Source: Paragordius varius
Lineage: Eukaryota; Animalia; Nematomorpha
Direction: 5' to 3'
Assembly: GCA_964247055.1 (NCBI GenBank)
Contig: OZ176056.1
Span: forward strand, 2,728,001 to 2,792,000
Length of the DNA stretch: 64,000 bases
The position numbers were made by a program, and so were the translations under genes. Below are positions 1 to 13,397 of this stretch, piece by piece. Under the pieces are notes generated by a model. It was not told where the DNA came from. It worked only from the letters and a program-made list of their open reading frames with translations, and did not search any database. Every line of letters starts with the position of its first letter. The stretch's first letter is position 1.

Positions 1-3000
1 AGTTTCAAAGACGCTTTTATAAGTAGTATTTATTCATTATTATTTCGCTGTTGAACATGGTAAAAGTAATGAGGCTTGATTTTTATAGACTATATGCCCT
101 TATAGCCAACCTCTTAACTCAGAGGAGAGAGTACCTTATTCGCTGTACCAGGCTAGAGAGTGTCTAAAAAAACTTCGAATCTCTCAATCCGTTTGTAGAT
201 TTAAGTCTACGGCCGAGGGAGGTGCCTTTCTGGGCTTTGGAAGCTCCCACTCCATCTTTCGTTTTAAGTACTTATATTATCGTTATTATCATCTGGCTGC
301 TGGTTATAGCGCCCAGATAAACCCGCTTTAAAACCATGTGTGTGAATACAGGCATTGTGGTATTTTGTAAGAAAATGAGACAGCCAATCTCAATTCCGCC
401 ACGCCCCACACACTAGTTTTCCTCCTTGTGGATTGATGTTCATTGACTGTTCTTTACAAACAGTGCCGCTCCCGTTAGCGTTACCCGGGATGCCCCGCGA
501 GGAGGTGGGAGTCGGTCTTTGCATCCCTGATGTTAAATATTATATATTTTTATTGATTTTTAGGTAAGGTTATCCTCATTAAATAATTCTTGTGTCCGTT
601 ATTATAAAAGCTATTTCTTCGGTAAATTAAAAAAAATGGATAAAAAAACCGAAATTAGAAACTTTTGATTCAGAAAGACGAAATGGCATGTTCTTTAGAA
701 CCGAAACCGTTTACAGTAACAGGTTTATTTAAAATATAACCGGAAGAGATATAAATGATTTCAAACCGTAACCTATTTCATTTCCCAACATTTTTGTTCA
801 AACCCACCAAATTGTAAATAAAAATTCTTGCGTCCTCCTCAAAAAAATCCAAGATAAAAATGAAAAATTTATAATGATATTATAAAAATCCCAATCAATA
901 AGATCCTTATATCTGCAATTTTCGAAATGCCATTTCCATATCGATGTCTTGATACAGACCTGAAATCCATCAATATGTTTCTAGCTTTTATTAGTTAAAT
1001 TCTCCAAAATTTTCCCCACCTTTTAGATTTTTCTACACCCCCCTTTTGGGTACCACTGGCCTACATTATTTTTTGGTATTCTCTAATCAAGACTGCGAAA
1101 AATAATTATATAGCATTCGATAGCTGAACTTGTTGTTTTTGCAATCTAGGCATAAAATTATCTTGCTTAAATTTTTAACCCTGTTTTTCTTACCAAAAGC
1201 CTCCGTCTTCTTGCATGTTTCATTTTCACCGAAAGAGTGATAATTCCTTATTATAAATGCATATTTTTTTGGGCTCTGATAAATTTGGGAATGATAAAAT
1301 TAACCGTATAGCAATACCAATTTTCTTGCAGATGAATAGGTCTGGAAATCTTAAATGATATTCACACATGTCAATTATATGGGATAGCTAATCTGTGGCA
1401 CAAATTAAATATATTTATTCCATAAACAGCTGCAAAGCTTAGTTAAGTATATGACTCTTTTAGTAATATCAATATACATATATTTTTCTTAGATATTAAA
1501 ATTTCAGGAGAAAATGCAATCTTCTCGTAAAAAAATAAAAATTTCGGATGGACGTGGAATGTGAATGTGGTTAAAATAAAAAATACTTAAAATAATATTA
1601 CTATAGCTCTCTTTACATAAGTCGCAATAACTGGTATTACTTTGTTAAATGGCTCGGCTAAATTTTTTAATTGAAATACCCAAACAATATTTTTTTAAAT
1701 TAATATATGGTTTATAATATATTACCGCATTTTTCGATTTGAACAACCTTTACAACATTCAACCAAAAGCATTAATAATATAAATTTTACCTTACATAAA
1801 AATGTGGACACCATTCGCATTGGTATGATGGCTTAGGATTTTTTTCAATTAGTTTCAGAATGCCAAGTTCTGAGAGGGGCTTTTACTTATTCAACCTTCT
1901 GTACCTTTTCTCTTTTTGAAATAACAACCCAAAAAGTGATCATAAAACTAATAGTATTTGAAAAATTTGGACCAAAAAATTAATATGTATCATTAGTCAG
2001 AAACATAAAAATCAGTATATCAGATATAGACATTAAATAAATTAGGCCAGGCTTCATCTACATCCCAATTCCTATACCTTAATATTATCCACTAAATTTG
2101 TTAAGCTGTAAAATTTATTTTTGAATATTTTATATCCGTGAATATTTTGCATCACTTTAACACTTAATGATCTTTTGGGGTAGATTTATACCCCGGCCCA
2201 TGTAAAATAAATTATATTATTATATCATCAATATTAGTTTTGGACCAAATATAATATGCGTTTTTAACTCTTTTAGGTGCATGATACAAATAAAATTCTT
2301 AAAAAATATAAAATTGTAGACAAATCCTCATCTCAAACTTTTATGCCGCATTTTTTTTCATTACCGTTTTTTATATCATAAATACAACAGGCAAATAAAT
2401 GTATATTATGGTTAAAAATTATAATTGCTATATGAAAACTTTAAAATTACAATTAACCAGTTAATTTTGGAAATTTATTGATTTTAAAATCAGCTGTTTA
2501 CTTCAATCCTGTTTTGGAGCCATCCTAATTCGGGACTAATTAATTTATAACAAAAACAACTTTTAAAACAGTATTTGTTTCCTACAAGTACTGTCATCCT
2601 GTACAAAAAAATAAAAATGTAATATAAGCCAGAAATTCAATCATAAAAAATACAATAACCTAGGTAACCGAATGAGATAAAAAAAACAGTGAAAAAACAA
2701 AAAAAAACAAGGTTGAATGTAATTAACGCAGGGCAGTACAATCGCATAATTAGCTAGATGGCACAAAAATTTATCTTCTTAAAGATATAGCATGCCTTTA
2801 ATTAGAAAAAAATGTTAGAGTTCAAAATTAATTTTCATACCCAATATTTTTGCGAAAATCATATTGAACCGCTTTAATAAATTTATTTTACTTTTTTTCA
2901 ACGTCAATAAGTTAAACGTCAAGACCATTTTATACAAATATTAACATAAATGGATACCGGATATTAAATGTGATTTATAATTTCATTGTTTAAATATTAA

Positions 3001-3260
3001 CATTCTTTTACGGATGTTTTTTTGGGGGGCAAAAGGGGGAGTGTCAAGGTTAGAGGTAGGTATATCTGATAATAATTGCTATTGTTAATATTAAAACAAT
3101 ACAATTTTCGTTATAAAGTCGCGAATGTGTCAATATTTGCTTATTGGATTGTCTAAAATAATTTCTTTAAACAAATAATAGCAATTGAATGGCATTTATT
3201 TTAGAGTTAAATGCTGTAATAAAAAACTTTTGATTGATATTTGCTACTTTGCAAAAAAGG

Positions 3261-3267
3261 TATATAA
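3261..3267 (+). promoter_or_regulatory. TATA box (TATATAA) of serpin A
   Basis: GCAAAAAAGGTATATAAAGGCG lies about 70 nt upstream of the ATG at 3332. The same context is conserved upstream of serpin B (GCATAAAAAGTATATAAGGCCG on the minus strand). Confidence 0.55.
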
Positions 3268-3331
3268 AGGCGCTTAAAATACACTTTTATTACTTATATT
3301 TTTTTACATTTACGATATCATCTTGACGGGA

Positions 3332-6300
3332 ATGCTTAAAATTTTTCTATCTACTGTAATTTATTTGACCATTTACCTTTTTGATTTGAGCTATGGTGCG
3401 AACCCGTCAATAATCCATAAGCCAAAATATGATTTGTTGAGGGACCAGGTAAACTTTATTCATCGATTTCTTCCTACTTTTATTAATAAAATTTAGATAT
3501 ATATATTATATCCATAGAGTGATTATTTTACATCATACTTTGTAGGACGCAATTTAAATTAATTGTATTGAAATATGTATTTTTAAGCGTAAAAGGGGAC
3601 AATTTAATGAATTTACTAATTAAACATAATATGCAGTGTTTAGCTAAATATATTTAAAGATATAAAGGGCTGAGTTATTCATATATATATATATATATAT
3701 ATTTTATGTAATAATTTGACGGATTTTTTTTCGCTTTTTTTCATTTAAATATATAATTACAATATAAAATTTCTAATATAATTTTTTTCCACACTTAAAC
3801 TGTATTAATATTTAAGTAAGGGCTAAATACTTAATTCCCTATATTAAATGGTTTATATTTATAAATGATTTTAAAACTAATACAAGTCGTTTTTTATTTG
3901 GTCAAAATTAATCTTTTCTAAAAAAATTTGACTTATGATACGAATTTAGACATTTATTAATGATAATAAAAATGTTTATGAATGTTAATTAATCAAAATT
4001 TTTAATTTAATAGGCCATTTTAGCGAATGCGATTTCACTCAAAAATGCTATCAAACACACCTCTGCTGATTATGTCTTCTCTCCGGCCGGACTTCAACTG
4101 GGTCTTGGACTAATTCAGTTTTCTTCTACATGTCCCAATCTCATTAAGGGTTTGCTCCCACCCGCTGGCTGTAGCGAACTAAATAAAATCCTAAAAAAAT
4201 TCCCAAAAGGTTCAACTTACACCAAAGTTCAATTGTTGAATAAATTAAGTGTTTGTTTGGACGACTCAGTAACGAATCCTTTAACACCACGCATACAAAA
4301 ATGGTCAGGTGCCACGTTTGGGGCCCAAGTTTCTCTTAATGATAGAAGTCAAACAAATTTCAACGATATGTTAAATGGTTACTACAGAGATAAATCTGAC
4401 AATTATTTGCAAAGCTTTGATATTGATTCAAAATTTGGGAGCGATGAGCATGACCAATCAATTTCTTATAGTGTTGGTGGTAGTCTCATCTTTAAAAGCT
4501 TGTGGTTCCAAAAATTTAAAAAGTATGTAACTCTTCAATATTCTTTTCACAATACTGTAAAACTTAAAATTACAAAGACAACGTGTAAAAAGTAAAAGAT
4601 AATTTTGAAAAGACAGACATACTTTTTACATTGATTTTTTATATAACTTAAATTCAATAGGTAGCACTTTGCGTCCCTATTTTGAAATCCAAAATGATAG
4701 TTTATACATAAAAATTTGGTTTAATAAATTATGGTGGCTTTTTTAAATTATTTGTATTTATTTTATTATGTTTTGTCTGTATACTTTCAATTTTTACTAT
4801 AATTATTTTAAATCCATAGTATATAAATTCTTATAAATTATTTTTATCTCTAGAATTGGGGTGGATACATTTTATGGTCAATCAAAGCCATCTTTAATAC
4901 CAATGATATATGGGGAGGTTCATCATCAATACGGGTATTATGAAGAAATTCAGGCTGAAATAATCATTATTCCATACAGAAAGCAATATAAAATGATATA
5001 CATATTACCAGTTGATGAAAATGTTACTCGACTTGAATTAAGTTTAAAAAAGCATCCAAATATCTTTCATCAAATTAGGAAAAGAAATTATCCAACATAT
5101 CCATTTAATATTCAAGTTCCTTACATAGATATGCAGACCAACCTGGACATGGTAGATGTGTTAGGCAAAGAACTGACCTGCCATATAAAGTACGTATACC
5201 CAACATTTTTGCTTTATAAAATTTAAATAAGGGTTTTTAATGCATAATAAACTCAAAGGATTGGAACTAAAACGATCTCTGCCCGGTAATTTTTGTCTGC
5301 TTCGTATTTAGATAATTTTTATAAAAGGGAAATTTAGACCAAATGGTTTCGGTTCCTTTGGGAAATATGGTTTTAATTTTAGTTATAAAAATAAAACACG
5401 ATCCCGGTTTCAAAAACAGTTTGGAAATGTTTGGATTTTTTGAACCCAAAATGGTAATAAAAGCTTGTGCCGATTTTAATCTTCAGCAGTAAAATTAGAT
5501 AAATGGATTTTAAAACTAACTTTTCCACATCCAATTAAATTTAGGGGTTATGTGTCATAAATACCAATTTTAATTAGTCTGCTGCGTTAAATTTTTGTTT
5601 ATCAATTAAAATGGCTAAAAGTTGCAAAAATTGGTCTAATTTTCAAACGCTAGGTTTCATTAAGCTTTAATACTTTAAAAAAGCCTCTAGAATGCAAAAA
5701 TCTTATTTTTATAAACACAAAAGTTAGTATTTTAAAATTTTGTTTAGAATGTTTTAAGGTTAGAAAGTTGGTATCAACATCGGCTCCTTATTTGTTAAAA
5801 CCTTATGAATACCCCGTAAGGTGCTTCATATGGGAAAATATAAGAATTAAAATTTTGAGCAAAATAGTAAAATATTTTACTTAAAATTTACAAAGCATTA
5901 TAATTGATAGAAAAATAGTTTATAGACATTTTAAAAAAATATTTATTTCTATATCTCATGTGCGGAATGGTTAATCGTAGGTTTTTGCAAAACGAATAGC
6001 TATTGTAAAAATAAGCGTAGATATGGTACCATATTTTTATTACATTTATTAATTTTCGTAAAAATTTTGCATTTTAGAAGCTTTTTTAATTCATTTAAAC
6101 GCAATATATATTTATATAATTTATTATTAAGGATTGATCATTTTTAGTTCATTTGATTCATATATAAGATTTTATATTAAAAATTCTTCACACAGTCGAC
6201 TGCTATGGGTTATTTTGTATTCAATGTGTACCCATTTTTGTTTTTATGGTTTAATGTTTCATATTCGTGGGTTTAAATACATATACCATTCTTACCTTCA

Positions 6301-6667
6301 TTTTTGGAAATAATTTGTATGCTTGGATTTACTTTTGGTGACAAATAAGAATTTAACTGCTCCAATACAAGTCCCACCCGTTTCTCAAATCCATCATAAC
6401 ACAAGATTTACTGTAACACCTCTTGGGACAGGACAAGGTATGGATCTAGTTAAACCACCTTTAAATAATTTACATGGTAAAACCCAAGGCTTTGTCATAA
6501 ACAAGCCCCATTTGTTTTACGTTGTTGAAGATAAGAAGGCTATCCTGCTTAAGGGCCGATTCGCTAATCCGAAACCGTATGAATTTGCCATAAGGGAGGA
6601 AACCACGGTACCCCCAAAAACAGAGGATGAATTCGATTATGGATTTATTTACGATCTTAAAGAATAA
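3332..6667 (+). CDS. Secreted serpin-like protein, copy A (4 exons; last acceptor defective or non-canonical)
   Basis: Exons are 3332-3448 (signal peptide MLKIFLSTVIYLTIYLFDLSYG...KPKYDLLRDQ|gtaaac), 4014-4522 (YVFSPAGL; GGSLIFKSLWFQKF), 4854-5189 (IPMIYG, IIIIPY, MIYILP) and about 6322-6667 (TPLGTG...FVINKPHLFYVVEDKKAILLKGRFANP, the serpin C-terminal signature). Intron phases 0, 2, 2 match paralog B. There is no AG within about 125 nt upstream of exon 4. Confidence 0.8.
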
Positions 6668-6949
6668 ATTATATGATAAAATGTTAATTAATTGACTTTT
6701 TTGGGTAACAGATAATAAAATACATTCATAACAAGATGATAATTTCGATATTCACAAAATTCAATTTGTTCATGTTACTTATATTATTATGAATAAATTT
6801 ATCATTATATGTGTTTTGTATTTTAATTGGGACACTACTTTAACACTTGATATTTGATGATATCGCTTATTTACATTATATAAAATTTATTGGATCTTTT
6901 AAGAATTAAAGTGTAATTGAAAAAAATTCTAACCTCTTAATTTTGCGGC

Positions 6950-8120
6950 ATTTTTAGCTTATATATGGAAATCCGATTTTTTAATAATGTCAGATGGTGC
7001 CAGGTCAAGATAAATAGTTCAATAGATTCAAAAGATTTTTCCATTTAAGCGATTTCAATGTGTCTTTTCCTTATTTTTCTACGTGAGACGGGGCATTGTC
7101 ATGTAGCAAAATCCCTTTGCCACTGTGTTTTTTAGATTAATAATTGGTTTATATCAGGAGTGTCCATCGCACAGCCCTCCAAGACTAATTTGGAAATTCT
7201 CAATTATTGATTTTTAAATTAAACAAATTTTTTGAATAAGTCTATTCAATCGCCAACGAACAGGAAAACATGGTATTTTGTTTGCATTTGACAGTCCTAT
7301 GTTTAAAATTTATATTAGTGAATACCCACATATAAATGCGAAGCCATTTGTGTTGGCACCCCTCGGTTAAATTAATCATTTGTTAGCGCTAGTGATGTGC
7401 ATTTACGGTTTCACCAGAAGTTCATGATATACAACATCGCTATGGTATCACCAGGGACGATGACCCTCTTTTTTGAAACGCTTTGGGATTGGTGAGAATG
7501 GACCGGCTTGGTTGTTCCGCTTTGGATTTAAAAAATAAAGTCTTTCATCATCCGTTCCAATTCGGTGCAAAAATGATTTATTTTCGTAATGTTGAAGCAG
7601 GATTTCCCCAGTAAAACTCTGCGAGTAATTTTACGTACTTTCAAATAATGCGGAGCCGATTTACTGAGTTTATTGGTCCAGTGCTCGGATAGGTCCTTTG
7701 AATTGTTTTTTGTGATAAATGTAATTCTTCTGCCAATTGTTAAGTTTGAGTTGGGTCATCATCCAAAATCTCTTGGACTTTAGAGTCTTTGCTGTTGTGC
7801 GGTCTGCTACGGCGCCCACTACATGAAACCTGAGGTGTTTATCGATAGAGTGTGTTTACCATATGTTTCTCTCAGCAAACGACTTTCAAGAGCCTTTTTT
7901 TCATAGCAAAGCTTGTTGGAAATGTTTTTTTGCATAAAATTCGACATGATCCATCACTGAACGGTATAATACGCTAGTAATTGGCATCCTCAATTTGTCT
8001 GTGTTTGTCGTTTAATGTCACATTAATAAAATGAGGTCTGTATCAAATTAATCATTTGCGTATACTCTTGACTGACATCTTTCCCCAAATAAACCGTTAA
8101 TAATTATGATCACACCTATC
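6950..8120 (-). mobile_element. Degraded Mos1-like mariner transposon
   Basis: The minus strand starts ATGTCGAATTTTATGC at 7947 (MSNF, Mos1-like) and contains the LLHDNAPSH motif (about 7090-7115). It has multiple stops and frameshifts. A TIR-like ATAGGTGTGATCATAATTATTAACGGTTT lies near 8090-8119. Boundaries are approximate. Confidence 0.75.
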
Positions 8121-8289
8121 CAAAATGAGATTATAATTTTATTTTTACATTTTGATGTATAAATAATAAGCTGTTTAGTTTGTCTTTCATAATGGCATTT
8201 AACCCGCATATTCCTTTACATATGAAAAGCTCATATTCAATTATATCTAAGTGGTTTTCCAAAACTAAAGGGTACCCCTTTGACACACT

Positions 8290-8292
<3 letters not shown>

Positions 8293-8355
<63 letters not shown>
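8293..8355. repeat. (TA)n microsatellite, about 31 units
   Basis: Read directly. Shorter (TA)n tracts occur at about 3681, 12136, 13398, 26625 and 62052. Confidence 0.95.
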
Positions 8356-8359
<4 letters not shown>

Positions 8360-9619
8360 AAATTTGGAAATATTGATAAAACTTATTTTAAAACTAATAA
8401 TGTTAATTGAAAACACAAAAGAAATTTATAGATTAAAGCTGAAACCTTTGAATTAAATAGGTAGCCTATCACATCCTTTTGTTGAATTTTTTTAATAAAT
8501 AAAATTTTATATAATTACATAAATTAATAAAAATGCATATATATGATATAATTTTATAACAGTGATATCATTTTATGTATAAACAAACATTTAATCTAAA
8601 TTTATAAGTATTTATAATTTAATTTTCTTATTGCAGCGCAATGGTAATTTTCCAAAAAAAACATATATGCGTCTTTTGTCATTAATTAAAATAGAATTAC
8701 AATAAAATTAATTAATTTATATATTATATTATTTTCCAAATTTAATTAAGTTAATAACGACGAATTTAGGATTAATTTGCATGCATAAGCTACCGTATAA
8801 GTCTTTAGATAAAATACTATTTATATAGCTATTAAACCAATTTTCCTTCCACTTTAACCATTATGCGAATATCTCAATATGTAAATATATAAGATTTGGA
8901 TGATAATTCCTTTTGTGATAATGTTTTTAAGATGATTAATTTTTTAATTAGTATCACATTAACATAATCATAGTGTAAAGAAAATAAATACTAATTTTTT
9001 TAATTAAATATTTATTTATTTTCACCTATAATTCTGATTATATAATTAGCATTTTCAATAAACCAAAAAGGTGTAAGTAAAATCTAATAGAAAGATTATA
9101 TAAAATAAATCTTATAATTTACCAAATTGAGGCAGGACTATAGTGATAATTAAAGTTTACAATAAGACAATAAAGTTTTCCAAAAACCTTAACACAATTT
9201 GGTTAATAGTTAGTTTGCCAGAGACTATATATTTCTATATGGAATTTGATAAGACAAATTAAGGGGTAATTTTATTTGTTATATGCGTTTTGTGTGTGGG
9301 CTTCCCACGATACGTCCCAAAATATGGTGGAGACAGCACATCTGAATGTAAGTGTTGACACCTCCACGCTATATTCTGACATAATCTCACATGGATCTAA
9401 AAAAGCATTTTTTATTTGGTATATTTTCTTATGTTTGAGTGCCCTAATTCTAAATAACAGTTTTTGAACTGAGAACTGCAAACTAGCATAGGATTTTAAA
9501 AACTAACTGGAGTTACGACTACCTATTAATTTAAAAGATGATTCCAGATCCAAACTAATACAGCAAAATTTAACGATTCTTAAGGTCGCAATTCATGTGT
9601 AACCTTACATACTTTATAA

Positions 9620-9692
9620 CAGTGGGGTCACCAAAGGATTGGGAATGGCCGAATAAAATATGTGTCTTGTCTCAAGGGTCATGCCCCATATA
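9620..9692 (+). mobile_element. Isolated hAT terminus fragment
   Basis: CAGTGGGGTCACCAAAGG...GGCCGAATAAAATA...AGGGTCATG aligns with the left end of the hAT element at 48547 (CAGTGGTACTCACCAAAA...GGGCCAAATAAAACA...AGGGCCATG). Confidence 0.5.
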
Positions 9693-11171
9693 ATACCCAA
9701 AAAATAGCTGTTTAACATATGTGCAGAAATTAATTAAAAATTAAATTACGAAATATGGTTAATAACAGGGTTTGGCAACCTGGAGATAAGGGTACTTTAA
9801 CCACATAAAAAAAGTCATTACGTTAAATTTCATTTAATATTAACTTTTTACACATATTTTATATCTGATCTTTGCCAACTTATGAATGAAGACGCATAAA
9901 AGTAATGATATCTTGACAGTTTCGCAAATATAAAATATATCAATCAACTAGAAAAAGATGTAATTTATTAAAATGCTAAAAATAGTTATTTGCTATCATT
10001 TTTTAGATCTAGTAAAGGTAGCTTTCTGGGCCTAAAAAGGGGTCATACGTGATATAAGAGGAATAAATGCAAAAAATAAGATGCGCCCAGATTTTAGAAA
10101 TTAAAGCTTCAAATCTTTATCGCATATTTTATATTAGGTGCTTAAAACTAAAAATCCAATGAAGCCTGGATAAATATTATTTTAATAAAATGCGTTTTAG
10201 GATACTTTTAAAAGCTTTGGTATTTACAAATTTTAATTGATTTATACTAAATTTTTTATATATTATCAAGCTTTAGTAAACATACATTTTATGAATTTGA
10301 AATCTAGTTATCTGTCCTACCATATCGCGGGCTATTACGAAATAGGATGGCGTAAAATGCAAAAGCTTTTTAAATGATGTAATGATAGAATATGACGACA
10401 TTTTAATCTAGTTGATTTTCATATCAAAAGTCAAGCAATTAGAGTTTATCACTACTAGAACATATCGACTAAGTGAAATAAACAAGATTTTCATAATGAC
10501 CGAAGCTTTTGCGATAGTTTAAATAGTAAACAACCGCAAAGCGCTCATTTTTAAAATTTCAAGCTTTGGTTTCTATCTTTTAGATTTTGATGATCTTCCA
10601 TATAAATTCAAACTCAATTTAATAAATTATGAACAATATACTGCTTGTCGCATAATTTTTGGTATTGATTTCTCCTATATGGTGATTGACCCTAAATTTA
10701 AATTAAAGCCTATCATTCATTTATTTAAAAATGTTCCCAAAAATAAAAATGATTCCAAAACACAAATGATATAATGGTAAAAATTATACATTTTTAAAAA
10801 TAGAAGATGGTAGAGAGAGGCAAAAATATCAATAATTTATAATAAATTCCTGTTATGACTAGTTTGACTGGTCACATTATATATTATCCTGTATAGTCGG
10901 TCTTTTCCGGGTTTATGATAAAAAAAATACTCAAATTTGAAAGGAAATCGATTATTTATTTCATTAACGACATTTTCAATCGGCTTCTACACATTTAACC
11001 CACTCTCAGGTAATTAAATTCCGTCCCCAAAAAATGATAGATTTTTTCGGCAAATTGTCATCCTATTTTCCAACGTCTTCTGAAATATTAAAGTAGCTTT
11101 GCGAGGGTGTGCCCATTGATGGAAAATCGTATTAGTCAGATGACTGGTCAGGAGAGTTCAGTGGATGCGAA

Positions 11172-11533
11172 CAGGGGCGTACAGAGGGGGGGGCATGGGG
11201 GTGCACATGCCCCGGGCGCCGTTATTTAGGGGCGCCTAAATGATCTTTTATTAAATTTTAATTATGCAAAAATAATAAGAACTTTCAAATGAAATTTTTC
11301 AGAAATATAGGTAATAACTTCTATAATATATACTCTATTATTCACCTAATTATAGTATCATATAAATATATATATTTAATATATATACAATATGACTGTG
11401 CTGTCTTATCTATGGTGTTTAGGTTACAACGTTTGTATTTTTTTTACTAAATTGTTTTATTGGCTTTTAAAAAAGGGGGGAGGGGCGCCTTAGTTTTATG
11501 CCCCGGGCGCCGCAAATGCTCGGTACGCCACTG
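11172..11533. mobile_element. hAT-type MITE (362 bp) with perfect 8-bp TSD
   Basis: TIRs are CAGGGGCGTACAGAGG and CAGTGGCGTACCGAGC (reverse complement of the right end). GATGCGAA flanks both sides (11164-11171 and 11534-11541). GC-rich subterminal ATGCCCCGGGCGCCG repeats are present. Confidence 0.9.
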
Positions 11534-12153
11534 GATGCGAAGGACTTACTCATCGAAGAAATTTTAAAGTGCCTTTCCCGGGTTTTTCTTGTGAGAGTTA
11601 TTGTCATCAATTTAAATCATGTCTCCTGGCCAATTTCAGTCGTTTTTCGATTAACACATGCTTTAAATAGATCATTTATTGGCAATAGCGTTGCGTATTA
11701 ACGGTTTCACGGGTTTCAAAAGTTTATAATACAAAATATCGCTCTTAACACAGACACAGATCTGGGTGCTGAAGCGACTTTAGGTTGGTATTGTTGGACC
11801 GGCTTGGTAAAGTAAATTCACGATTTTTTTCCCTCTGATTTTCAAAATAATACAATCTCTCATCGCCCTTTACAATTAGATTTAAAATGAGTCTCATTGA
11901 ACCAGGATTTTATAAGTGACATTGCGATTTTGATTTGGAATTGGTCTTTCTCATTGCTCACAGATGTCTATTGATTTTTATATATATAATCTCATGAATG
12001 CCGCTGAGTTTGAGTTGCATAATCCAAAATTTTGCACTTTATCGTTTTCGCAATTAGATCCAAAGTGCTTACTTTACAAAGAAACAACTTATAATTTTTC
12101 GACATGCTTTGTTTTAATTGTTCGAGCATGTTGACTATATATATATATATATA

Positions 12154-13397
12154 TACTGTGTGCAAAAAAATTAACTAAAATTTTTTTTTCATGAGATAGC
12201 TTATGACCAGCGTATTCATTTGCCGCAAAAATTTTTATTTGTTGACAACCTAGTTTTTGAAATATTGAGAGAAAATCGAAATCGGGCAAAAAGTGAAATT
12301 AAGGATAATTAAGAATAATTCAAAAATAATGATAAAATTTGAAATATATGGTTTATTATCATTTTAGGAGATATTTTCAATATATAAATAGCCTAAAATC
12401 ATATAGTTTGGGTTTATATAAAATTTCAGGTCAAAAGATGGCGTTTTTCTTTTGTCACACTTAAAAGACAAAATAAATTTAATGTAACTATATTAAAATA
12501 TTTTTTTTGAATTATTTACTACCTAAACTCAGTATTAGAATCTTAACTCATATTTTATTCAGTAAAAAAAACTTCTATATCAAAATAAAACCAATATTGT
12601 TTTTTATTTTTGCATTCTTTTGTCATGATTGTATAAAAAATTTATACTATTTAATTTTGGCTCACATGATTAGGAATTATTAAGTATATAATTTATGCAA
12701 AATAGGATTGAAAATTAGTAAAATATCAACCAAAAATCCGTACAAATCCCAATACAAATATTAATTTGTCATAAAACAGACTTGTTAGAGGAAATTGTAA
12801 GGATTTTTTGGTTGATATTCCACTACTTTTAAATCCTATTTTTCATAAATTATATATTTAATTCCTAATCATGTGAGAATCCAAAATAAAACAGTGTAAA
12901 TTTTTTATACACTCATAAACCAGATGACAAAATGCAAAAACAAAAAACAATATTTTTGGTTTTATTTTGATATAGAAGTTTGTTTTACTGAATAAAATAT
13001 GAATGTTAAGAAATAGTGAGTTTAGGTGGTAAGTAATTTAAAAAAATTATTTTAATATTGTTACATTAAATTTATTTTGTCTTTTAAGTGTGACAAAATA
13101 AAAACGCCATCTTTTGACCTGAAATTTTATATAAACCCAAACTATATGATTTTAGGCTATTTATATATCAAAAATATCTCCTAAAATGATAAAACATAAT
13201 ATTTCAAATTTTATCATTATTTTTTGAAAAATCCTTAATTATGCTTAATTTTCAGTTTTTGCCCGATTTCGATTTTGTCTCAATATTTAAAAAACTAGGT
13301 TGTCAATAAATAAAAAATTTTGCGGCAAATGAATACATTGATCATAAGCTATCTAATGAAAAAAAAATTTTTCGTTAACTTTTTTTTGCCCACAGTG
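12154..13397. mobile_element. 1.24-kb foldback (near-complete palindrome), Tc1/mariner-type non-autonomous element
   Basis: The left arm (about 12154-12750) is the reverse complement of the right arm (about 12790-13397) with scattered mismatches and a spacer of about 40 bp. Ends are TACTGTGTGCAAAAAAA and TTTTTTTGCCCACAGTG, flanked by TA within (TA)n. Confidence 0.9.

Noticed and set aside
555-572. TTTTTAG|GTAAG juxtaposed acceptor and donor (also on the minus strand at about 25152-25170), resembling recursive-splicing ratchet points
   Set aside because: No host long intron can be assigned on the relevant strand, and such motifs arise readily by chance in AT-rich DNA.
4152-5226. ORF-track starts at TTG/GTG and the stops just after exon ends for serpin, PRD and Cdc37 pieces
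   Set aside because: These are artefacts of prokaryote-style ORF calling. They are internal exons with GT-AG boundaries.
8180-8410. 76-aa ORF with an IYIYIY run
   Set aside because: It is the translation of the (TA)n microsatellite.
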